Source of the DNA: an uncultured Chloroflexia bacterium | Lineage (GTDB): Bacteria; Chloroflexota; Ktedonobacteria; Ktedonobacterales; JADMIN01 | NCBI GenBank assembly: GCA_963718915.1 | Contig: CAVRAI010000007.1 | Location: forward strand, 390,001 to 422,000 | Length of the DNA stretch: 32,000 bases | Reading direction: 5' to 3' | Shown here: in pieces, positions 15,997 to 23,632 of the stretch | How the letters are laid out: each line of letters opens with the position of its first letter | How positions within the stretch are numbered: the first letter of the stretch is position 1 | The notes under the pieces: model-generated | Databases searched by the model: none | Told to the model about the DNA's origin: nothing | What the model saw: only the letters and a program-made list of their open reading frames with translations | Position numbers and translations under genes: made by a program

Positions 15997-17286
15997 CTAC
16001 ATACTCTCAGCCTGTACAACATCTGGATCGCGTAGCCGCCGCACGGGCGAACGCGCCAGCAGCACCGGGCCGAGCAGCTTGCCCGCGCAGACCACGAAGA
16101 GCGTCGCGCGCACGCCAAGCGTCTGCCCCAGGACGCCGCCGAGCGCCAGCCCGAGGACCGTCGCGCAGCCCTCGACCGCCCGCAGCGTCGCGTGCAGCCG
16201 TCCCTGCATCCGGTCGGGCGTCGTCCGCTGAAAGTGGCTCAGGCGCGTGACACTGTATATCGTGTGCGCCGCGTCGAAACACTGTCCGAGTATCAGCACC
16301 CCCACCGCCAGCCAGGCGGGGCCGCTCGCCAACGGGACGGTAAATGCGCCGAGGGTGTAGATGAGCATTGACGCCATCAGGATGCGCCCAACCGGCCAGC
16401 GCCGCGAGATGCGTGCCACGACCAGCGTTCCGGCGAATGAACTGACGCCGCCTACCGCGTAGATGACGCCCATCACCACAGGCGCGAGATGCAGGTCACG
16501 GACAAGATAGAGCGTTATCAGCGCGCCCAGGGCGTTGCCAAAGAGGGTGTCAACCGCCCCGGCAGCCGCCAGCGCCCGCCGTGTGGCATCGGCGGCTACG
16601 AATCCCAGCCCCTGCGCCACCTCGCGCGCCATGCTCTTTCGCGCTTCAGGCACAACAATCGGCGGCGACTCTTTCGTGCGAATCGCGAGAAGCGAGACGG
16701 CGGAGACGACGAACGTGACGGCATCCACCAGAATCGCCAGCGGCGCGCCTGCCACCTGGACCAGCACGCCCGCGACGCTCCAGCCCGAAACCTCGGCCAG
16801 CGACTCGCTGGCAGCCAGTTTGCTGTTGCCCTCGACCAGATCCTCACGCCGCAGCAGTGACGGCAAGAACGAGGGATAGGCGACATCGAAGAAGACGCTA
16901 CATACACTCACCAGCACAGCTACGACATACAACTGTTCCATGCGCAGCGCTCCCAGGACGGCAGCTAGCGGGATGGAGGCGAGCGCCAGCGCCCGGCCAA
17001 TATCGGCGGCGATCAGCAGCGGACGGCGACGCAGCCGATCCACCCAGACGCCCGCGAAGAATCCGAGCAGCAGCCCCGGCACGACCTCGGCGGCGGCCAA
17101 CAGCGCCATCTGGCCCGCGCCCGCGCCAAGCAGCAGCGCAGCAAGCAGTGGCAGGGCGAACGTGGTCAGCAGCGAGCCGAACAGCGAGATCGACTGCCCC
17201 GCCCAGAGCTTGAGAAAATCAGCATGACGCCAGAGGTTTGTCGAGGCGTCGGGCGTATCTTCACGAGATGGTAGACGAACGGACAT
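15997..17286 (-). CDS. MFS transporter (EntS/MFS_3-like)
   Basis: ATG at 17286 is preceded by GGAGAG. 429 aa with a ~12-helix hydrophobic profile. The N-terminus 'LWRHADFLKLWAGQSISLFGS' is typical of this MFS subgroup. The ORF-track extension to 17478 has no support. Confidence 0.85.
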   Translation of the reverse strand: MSVRLPSREDTPDASTNLWRHADFLKLWAGQSISLFGSLLTTFALPLLAALLLGAGAGQMALLAAAEVVPGLLLGFFAGVWVDRLRRRPLLIAADIGRALALASIPLAAVLGALRMEQLYVVAVLVSVCSVFFDVAYPSFLPSLLRREDLVEGNSKLAASESLAEVSGWSVAGVLVQVAGAPLAILVDAVTFVVSAVSLLAIRTKESPPIVVPEARKSMAREVAQGLGFVAADATRRALAAAGAVDTLFGNALGALITLYLVRDLHLAPVVMGVIYAVGGVSSFAGTLVVARISRRWPVGRILMASMLIYTLGAFTVPLASGPAWLAVGVLILGQCFDAAHTIYSVTRLSHFQRTTPDRMQGRLHATLRAVEGCATVLGLALGGVLGQTLGVRATLFVVCAGKLLGPVLLARSPVRRLRDPDVVQAESM

Positions 17287-17667
17287 AGCAATGCTCTCCA
17301 ACGCATAAGCAGGCAAAAATAGAAGCGGTAGATGGGTAAATGAGGATGGCCTGGCGGATTGGAGAGCCGGAGCTATTGTGGAAGCATAGCGCGTCGGAGG
17401 CACACAGATCGCCCATACCAGCATGTGGCATGAGCTGAGAGTTCGCGGTGGCGCTTCTCCGTTATCGCGTGTTTGCAACGCAGTTCGGAGGAAGTGACCG
17501 CCCTCGCAGGCTCAGCGCCGGGCCTACAGGGCGTAATTGACCGGAATCACCATATGCGCGATATCGTACACGCATTGTGGCGCAGCCGTCAAGTTGACAG
17601 CGATGCCCTCGTCCGGCGACACTGATGGTAGACAAAACGCCGCGCCGCGATGAAAGGATAGACACTC

Positions 17668-18801
17668 ATGACAACCCGCGCGAAGCCCGCGACTCCCGCC
17701 ACCGCGCCCGATTTGCCCGGAATGGCCGCGCTGGAGCGGGGCGAGACGCTGCCCGCCAGCTGGTATACCGATTCCGCCTTTTACGCCCGCGAGCAGGAGC
17801 GGATCTTCCGCCGCTCGTGGCAATATGTCGGGCTGACGGAGCAGGTGGCCAAGCCAGGTGACTTCTTCACCGCGCGGGCGGGCGACGTGCCGATTGTCGT
17901 GGCGCGCGACCAGCAGGGGACGCTGCGGGGCTACGTCAACGTCTGCCGCCATCGCGGCTCGCAGTTGGTGAACGCCGAGCAGGGCAACCGTGCGACGCTG
18001 CAATGCGGCTACCACGCCTGGACGTACGACCTCGATGGCTCGCTGCGCGCCGCGCCAGGCATGCGTGATGAGCCAGAGTTCGACAAGGCATGCTACGCGC
18101 TCGTGCCCGTCCAGGTGGAGGCATGGGGGCCATTTATCTTCGCCAACCCTGATCGTGAGGCGCCGCCACTGGCGAGCGTGCTCGGCGACCTGCCCGCCAT
18201 GGTCAGCGCGACGGGGCTGCGCCTCGACGCGATCCGGCGGAAGGTGCGCCGCACCTACGATATCGTCGCCAACTGGAAGGTGGTCGTCGACAACTATCTC
18301 GAATGCTACCACTGCCCGGTGGCCCACCCCGGCTTCAGCGACCTGATCGACCTGAAAAGCTACGCGGTCGCCGAGTACGAGTATTTCTCGACGCAGGCTG
18401 GCCCGCCCACAAAGTCGGCGCGGGAGGGCAAGGTGGGCCTCTACGATATCAGCGGCGAGGTGGAGGCGGGCTTCTACGCCTTTCTCTGGCCCAACTTCAC
18501 GCTGAACATCTATCCCGGCCCCGGCAACGTCTCGCTCAACCTCTTCCTGCCAGTGGATACCGACCGGACGCTCGCGGTCTACGACTACTGTTTCAGCAAC
18601 GCCGTGCCGGAGAAAGAGATCGAGGAGTTCACCCGCTTCATCGACCAGGTGCAGGAGGAGGATGTCGTGCTCTGCGAATCGGTGCAGCGCGGCCTGAAAT
18701 CGGGCTTCTTCGACCGGGGACGGCTGATGCAGTCCGAGCGGATGCTGGCGCACTTTCAGAAGCTGGTCTATCGCTTCCTGACGGATGAGGCGCAGGCATG
18801 A
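17668..18801 (+). CDS. Rieske [2Fe-2S] non-heme-iron oxygenase, alpha-subunit type (choline-monooxygenase-like)
   Basis: Rieske motif 'CRHRGSQLVNAEQGNRATLQCGYHAW' (C-x-H-x17-C-x2-H) and mononuclear iron motif 'ECYHCPVAH' (E-x2-H-x4-H). 377 aa. AAAGGA lies upstream of the ATG. Confidence 0.9.
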   Translation: MTTRAKPATPATAPDLPGMAALERGETLPASWYTDSAFYAREQERIFRRSWQYVGLTEQVAKPGDFFTARAGDVPIVVARDQQGTLRGYVNVCRHRGSQLVNAEQGNRATLQCGYHAWTYDLDGSLRAAPGMRDEPEFDKACYALVPVQVEAWGPFIFANPDREAPPLASVLGDLPAMVSATGLRLDAIRRKVRRTYDIVANWKVVVDNYLECYHCPVAHPGFSDLIDLKSYAVAEYEYFSTQAGPPTKSAREGKVGLYDISGEVEAGFYAFLWPNFTLNIYPGPGNVSLNLFLPVDTDRTLAVYDYCFSNAVPEKEIEEFTRFIDQVQEEDVVLCESVQRGLKSGFFDRGRLMQSERMLAHFQKLVYRFLTDEAQA

Positions 18802-19331
18802 ACCACGACGATCACGTGCGGCTGATCCGCGAGGGCGTCTCCGGCGGGGTCAGCATCTGGGCTGACCTCGGCTCTGGCGAGGGCGCGTTCACGCTGGCGC
18901 TGGCTGATCTGCTCGGCCCCGGTGGCCATATCTACTCGGTCGATACCGATGCGCGCGCCTTACGGCAGCAGCGACAGGTAGTTGAGGAGCGCTTCCCGGC
19001 GGTGACGCTCGAACAGCGCGCGGCTGACTTCACCCGGCCGCTCGATCTGCCGCCGCTGGATGGCGTCGTCATGGCCAACTCGCTGCACTTCCAGCGCCAC
19101 AAAGAGCCAGCGCTGCGACTGGTGCGCGCGATGCTCAAGCCGGGCGGACGGCTGGTGCTGGTAGAATACAACGCCGACAAGGGCAACTGGTGGGTACCCT
19201 ATCCATTGTCGTACCCCACATGGGAGGCGCTGGCCCAGGCGAACGGCTTCGTCGAGACGCGCCTGCTGGCCACACAGCCGAGCCGCTTCCTGCGCGAGAT
19301 CTACTCCGCGCTCAGCTATACACCATCATGA
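18798..19331 (+). CDS. Class I SAM-dependent methyltransferase
   Basis: Start overlaps the Rieske stop (ATGA at 18798-18801), suggesting translational coupling. Motif I 'WADLGSGEGAFTLALA', a later 'VVMANSLHF' motif and 'LKPGGRLVLVEY'. 177 aa. Confidence 0.85.
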   Translation: MNHDDHVRLIREGVSGGVSIWADLGSGEGAFTLALADLLGPGGHIYSVDTDARALRQQRQVVEERFPAVTLEQRAADFTRPLDLPPLDGVVMANSLHFQRHKEPALRLVRAMLKPGGRLVLVEYNADKGNWWVPYPLSYPTWEALAQANGFVETRLLATQPSRFLREIYSALSYTPS

Positions 19332-19355
19332 ACATTCCCAGGAGACCAGCGCGCA

Positions 19356-20183
19356 ATGTCTGATACGAATGAATCACCAGCGTCGGCCACTGGACTCAAC
19401 CTGCGGGCGGACTGCGCGCGCTGCTTCGCGCTGTGTTGTGTCGCGCCGGCCTTCGCCGTCTCGGTGGATTTCGCGATCAATAAAAAAGCCGGGCGGGCAT
19501 GTCCCAATCTGCAAGCAGACTTCCGCTGCGGCATTCACACGCGGCTCAGGCAGCAGGGCTTCCGTGGCTGCACTGTCTATGACTGCTTTGGCGCGGGACA
19601 GAAAGTCTCTCAGGTTACGTTTGGCGGAAAGGACTGGCGTCAGGCTCCGGACACTGCGGAGCAGATGTTCCGCGTCTTCTCGATTATGCGGTCGCTGCAT
19701 GAACTGCTCTGGTATCTGACCGAGGCGCTGACGTTACCACGGGCAGAACCACTGCACGATGAACTTCAACGCGCGCTGGCGGAGACGGAACGCCTGACCC
19801 ATAGCAGCGCCGATGAACTGGTACAACTGGATATGGCGGCGCACGGGCGAGAGGTCAATGGTCTGCTGCTGCGCGCGAGCGAGCTGGAGCGCGCCGAAAT
19901 TCAGCCCCAGAAGGACTTCACCAGAGCCGATCTCATCGGAGCCAACCTCAAAGGCGCCGACCTGAGGGGCGCCAACTTGAGAGAGGCGTATCTCATCGCG
20001 GCGGACCTGCGAGACGCCGATCTGCGCATGGCTGACGTTATCGGAGCCGACTTCCGCGATACAGACCTCAGCGGCGCCGACCTCACCGGGAGCATCTTTC
20101 TCATCCAGTCGCAACTGGATGCGGCGAAGGGCGATGACGCGACAAAGCTGCCGCCCTCGCTCACTCGTCCGGCGCATTGGTAG
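19356..20183 (+). CDS. Pentapeptide-repeat protein with Cys-rich N-terminal domain
   Basis: AGGAGA lies 10 nt upstream. The N-terminus is 'CARCFALCCVAP...GRACPNLQADFRCGIH...GCTVYDCFGAG' (8 Cys, reminiscent of CxxCxxCC/YkgJ-type metal-binding domains, recalled from memory). The C-terminus is 'ADLIGANLKGADLRGANLREAYLIAADLRDADLRMADVIGADFRDTDLSGADLTG', a canonical A(D/N)LxX array. Confidence 0.85.
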   Translation: MSDTNESPASATGLNLRADCARCFALCCVAPAFAVSVDFAINKKAGRACPNLQADFRCGIHTRLRQQGFRGCTVYDCFGAGQKVSQVTFGGKDWRQAPDTAEQMFRVFSIMRSLHELLWYLTEALTLPRAEPLHDELQRALAETERLTHSSADELVQLDMAAHGREVNGLLLRASELERAEIQPQKDFTRADLIGANLKGADLRGANLREAYLIAADLRDADLRMADVIGADFRDTDLSGADLTGSIFLIQSQLDAAKGDDATKLPPSLTRPAHW

Positions 20184-20221
20184 CTCGTAGCGCCGCCTGA
20201 TGACCTCCGCATGACCTCCGC

Positions 20222-20263
20222 AAAAAGCCGCCCCTCGAAGCGTGAGGAGCGGCATGTTTGTTT
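20222..20263. terminator. Bidirectional terminator between convergent genes
   Basis: AAAAA, then GCCGCCCCTC (20227-20236), loop GAAGCGT, GAGGAGCGGC (20244-20253, one mismatch), then ATGTTTGTTTG. There is an A-run on one side and T-rich sequence on the other. It lies between the stops at 20183 (+) and 20278 (-). Confidence 0.6.
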
Positions 20264-20277
20264 GCAACCAGGATTTG

Positions 20278-21046
20278 CTAGTCGTCGCTGTCGAGGATAT
20301 CGCCAGAGTTGCCGGTGTAGGCGTTGACCCAGACACCAGCTGCGGCCGGTGGATGGTGGCCGCTGTCCTTGCCCGACATAGCGCCAGCCCCACTGCGGCT
20401 CGTCAACGGTCGGAGTCCCGCTGAAGTATTTGGCGGTGAAGCTCACATACCCAGGGCAGTTGCCCAGAATATCGCAGTGATAGTCCACCGTCGCGCCGCC
20501 GTTGACCGCGCCAGATGTCGGCCAGGCCGCTGGATCACTGACAAAGAGCTGGCCGGTGATGGTGAAGCGCGCGCTGCCGGAGAACGATCCGTATTCCTCG
20601 CCCGAAAGCGTTCCACCAGCGCCAGGGCTGGTCTGGCCTGCCACCGCCTTGAAGGACGAATCATAGTAATTGACGATGGCGCAGTATTGGTCGGGCCCGA
20701 CGTTCCAGATCGTGATGGAGCGGTGATCGCGGTCGAATGCCCAATAGTTGCCTGCCTGACCCGAGTCGGCATCGTTCGCGATAGATTCAGTCACGTCGAT
20801 GACTTTGTTCCCTCGGACGGCGCCAGCGCTGGCGCACGAGTACGAAAATGCCGTTGAGTGATTGCTGCCGTCCCCAGAGCCGCGATGATGTTCCAGACTA
20901 AACATGCTGGGTTTGACGGTAGCATGCGTTGCTGGATGCGCGCTCGTCTTGTTGGTTGTTCCATGCGCCATCGCGGGAATCACGAAGATCACGGTGGCCG
21001 CCGCGACCGTCATCACAATAGCGCCAACTGCCAGCAGTCTCTTCAT
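20278..21046 (-). pseudogene. Secreted hypothetical protein, interrupted by a +1 frameshift at the CCC run 20372-20374
   Basis: ATG at 21046 is preceded by GAGGAG. Signal peptide 'MKRLLAVGAIVMTVAAATVIFVIPAMAHG'. The frame is good (high GC3) to '...DEPQWGWRYVG'. After that the 398-aa ORF becomes Arg-rich antisense of the pentapeptide gene, while the +1 frame continues with high GC3 as 'KDSGHHPPAAAGVWVNAYTGNSGDILDSDD*', stop at 20278-20280. Deleting one G from the GGG (minus strand) restores 'YVGKDSG'. Confidence 0.65.
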
Positions 21047-21201
21047 TGAAAGCTCCTCTACGAACACCGAGATGTGTTCGTACTTGGCACAGCGCACTCG
21101 TCACTGCGCCACACAACCAATCGCTCCTGACCCTGGGGTAGAGCTGGACGCCATCAGGAAACGTCCAGCCATGCGTTGCCGAATGAAGTTGCGAGTGATG
21201 G

Positions 21202-23289
21202 TTATTGTCGCCACTGGCCACGCTGAGGGTAGTCGAAGTCTTCCTCATTGTCGCGCCGCCGTCGGGCCAGGATCAGGAAGAGCAGCGACGACAGGATGAT
21301 GAACACCGCGATGCTCCCGATAATCACGGGGAAAGTTGGGAAGCCCGAGCTGCCGACAAGTCCAACTGAGGTAGGTGTCGGCGTCGCGCTGCCACCCGTA
21401 ACCGTGGTTGCCGTCGATTGTCCTGGGCCAGTCGTCTCGGTCGGACTCACCGTCACGCTCGCAATCGCGGCGGCGGTCTGCGTGGCAGCCAGGTTATAGA
21501 CCGTCAGCGCGAAACAGTCTGTCGCGCCGGTATTGCCAGCGGAGTCGGCGCCGCGCATACACACCGTATAGCGGCCCGCCGTCAAGCCACTGATATGCGC
21601 CGTAACGCCCTCGGACACCTGATTGAAGGAGCCGTCCGTCGCGCTCATCGCGTGATACGCGCCGCCGTTGATGTTATATTGGCCCGATGCGATGGCGAAG
21701 CTGCCTGTCGTCGAGTCGCTGAGCGTCCCAGTGAGCGTAAAGGCGGTACTCGATGCCGGTGAGGCGGGGGCCGTGAAGACGCTCTTCGCGACTGGCCCGG
21801 CGCAGATGGTTGCCTGCGACGTGCGGAACGGAGAGAACGACACGCTGCCAGTGGCCGCGTTGCCGGTGCCCGATGCGTTCGTCGGCGCGTGTGGCCCGCT
21901 GGCTGTGCCCCACCAGTTCTGCGTGGCGGGCAGGCTCATGCCCGCGGCGACCGTCGCGCCAGCGTTTGAGTTGCTCAGGATGCAGTTCTGGGCCGCGCTC
22001 ACCGACATGCCGGACGACAGCGCATCAGACGTCAGGCCATCCACGAATCCTGAGATGATATTGCTGGTGATGCTGACACCCGCCGAACCCGCGGGGCTGA
22101 CGAGTTCGAAGCCCGCGAGTGGCCGCGAGGAGCCGCTTCCCCGGATCAGGTTGTGGTCAATGACATTGCCGGAGCCAATCGTCCCCTTGTATGAGATGGC
22201 GTAGCCGTGGCCGCTGCTGCTCCCCATATTGAAGGTGTTGTTCTTGATTGTGACGCCCTTGATCTCCGAGGTGACGCTCCCACTCGTCGTACCGAAGCCA
22301 TGCAGGGAGATGGCGGAGTCGTCCGGGGTGCTGGACTGCGTAGCAGCGACACCGGCATTGTTGAATAGGTTGCCGGTGATCGAGATATTGTTATACCGGC
22401 CTACCAGTCCGCCACTGTAGCCCGCGTCAACACCGACCCCCAGGCCGGGATAGTTCCCGAAGACATTGCCCGAGACCACTTGCGGCGCGGTGACATCAAC
22501 GGTGTTGTCGGCGAGGAAGAACACGCCTTCCGCCCACCAGCCAAAGGTTGCTGGACTCGTGCTGATGTCGTTGAGTCCGTGCAGGTTCAGTGTGTTGCCG
22601 GTAAAATTGACGGCCCCTGGATTCCCCTCGATGAGCGCCGCTCGGAACACGCCCCGAAACGAGTTGTTTTTCACCGTGACTGTGGCGGAGTTGCTGGCGA
22701 TGTAGATTGAATCTGTCTGATCCGCCAGCAGCTGAGGGTCGAGTGTGGTATCACCGTAAAAGAGGTTGTTGTTGATGGTGATGACGTCACTCGCATTGTG
22801 ATCGGTGACCGTCATCAGGATTCCGTCGTCGTTCGCGTCATTGACGATCGCGCCCTCGATGGTGAACCCAGACACACTCACATTGCCTGGGGTCGCGGGC
22901 GCGATGGCGATCAGGCCGCCTATCGCCGTACCCGAGGCGGGCGCGCCGTTGATGATGGAGTGACCGACGCCCGCGCCTACCAGATGGATCGGCTTGTTGA
23001 TGGCGATGGGCGCATCTGATGTGCCTGGGCCATACGTTCCCGGCCCAACTTTGATCGTCGCGCCATTCGCCGCTGCGGCGATTGCGGCATTGATGCTGGT
23101 GTAGGCGCATCCTGAGGAGCACACGTCATATGTGGCGGCGCGCGCCTGATGCGCCAGCGCCAGACTCCCGGCAGCCATCGCCAGAAGCAGCCCCACGACA
23201 AGCAATACGCTAGCCCAGCGGGACCGCATTGCTCTGCGCAACGTGCTGATGCCAACGCCCGAAGCATGATGCCCTGAATGAGCGCTCAT
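21202..23289 (-). CDS. Secreted right-handed parallel beta-helix repeat protein (NosD/pectate-lyase-fold-like) with C-terminal membrane anchor
   Basis: ORF 21202-23313. The start is ambiguous: TTG 23313, ATG 23289, or ATG 23229, which begins the signal peptide 'MRSRWASVLLVVGLLLAMAAGSLALAHQARA/ATYD'. 'YDVCSSGCAYTSINAAIAAAANGATIKVGPGTYG' plus many 'I..N.F.G' rungs are typical of PbH1 beta-helices. An Ig-like region is followed by a Thr/Pro-rich stalk, the TM helix 'FPVIIGSIAVFIILSSLLFLILA' and 'RRRRD'. Confidence 0.8.
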   Translation of the reverse strand: MSAHSGHHASGVGISTLRRAMRSRWASVLLVVGLLLAMAAGSLALAHQARAATYDVCSSGCAYTSINAAIAAAANGATIKVGPGTYGPGTSDAPIAINKPIHLVGAGVGHSIINGAPASGTAIGGLIAIAPATPGNVSVSGFTIEGAIVNDANDDGILMTVTDHNASDVITINNNLFYGDTTLDPQLLADQTDSIYIASNSATVTVKNNSFRGVFRAALIEGNPGAVNFTGNTLNLHGLNDISTSPATFGWWAEGVFFLADNTVDVTAPQVVSGNVFGNYPGLGVGVDAGYSGGLVGRYNNISITGNLFNNAGVAATQSSTPDDSAISLHGFGTTSGSVTSEIKGVTIKNNTFNMGSSSGHGYAISYKGTIGSGNVIDHNLIRGSGSSRPLAGFELVSPAGSAGVSITSNIISGFVDGLTSDALSSGMSVSAAQNCILSNSNAGATVAAGMSLPATQNWWGTASGPHAPTNASGTGNAATGSVSFSPFRTSQATICAGPVAKSVFTAPASPASSTAFTLTGTLSDSTTGSFAIASGQYNINGGAYHAMSATDGSFNQVSEGVTAHISGLTAGRYTVCMRGADSAGNTGATDCFALTVYNLAATQTAAAIASVTVSPTETTGPGQSTATTVTGGSATPTPTSVGLVGSSGFPTFPVIIGSIAVFIILSSLLFLILARRRRDNEEDFDYPQRGQWRQ

Positions 23290-23632
23290 CCCTTGATCGT
23301 GGGTAGTACCCAATTGCCTTCACCCCCTCATCATGCCGACCGCAAGCGGACCCCGAAGAACTTATTTCACCATCGTGATATTGGTGGGTAGGAACGCAAG
23401 CGGCCCGGTCGATTGCTAGAAACGGGATGGTTCGATCTCTGTTCACCTGCCGCCGCGCTCACAACGGCGAGCGGCGCCTTTTCGTGTCGTGCTGTGACGC
23501 TTCCCCGTTACCGTCCTCAACGGACAATGTAATGAGCAGTAACGTCTGATTGGTCACAGAGAGGTCACGCTGATCGGTGGGATGACCATCTGAAAAGGCT
23601 GAGGATAATCTTTGCTGGGGAGTCTGCTGGCG

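Noticed and set aside
17524-18753. 409-aa minus-strand ORF
   Set aside because: It is a shadow ORF antisense to the Rieske oxygenase gene. It is Arg/Ala/Gly-rich with no recognisable motifs, and its openness is expected in high-GC DNA opposite a real gene.
19901-20277. C-terminal 125 codons of the 398-aa ORF 19901-21097
   Set aside because: They are antisense to the pentapeptide-repeat gene and Arg-rich. The true reading frame shifts at about 20372 and stops at 20278.
23429-23437. GGTTCGATC, resembling a tRNA T-loop
   Set aside because: The flanking bases cannot form a T-stem, and no acceptor or anticodon arms can be drawn. It is not a tRNA.
23450-23487. Terminator-like stem plus TTTT on the plus strand
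   Set aside because: Only about 5 contiguous base pairs form without bulges, and no plus-strand gene ends nearby. That is too weak to call.
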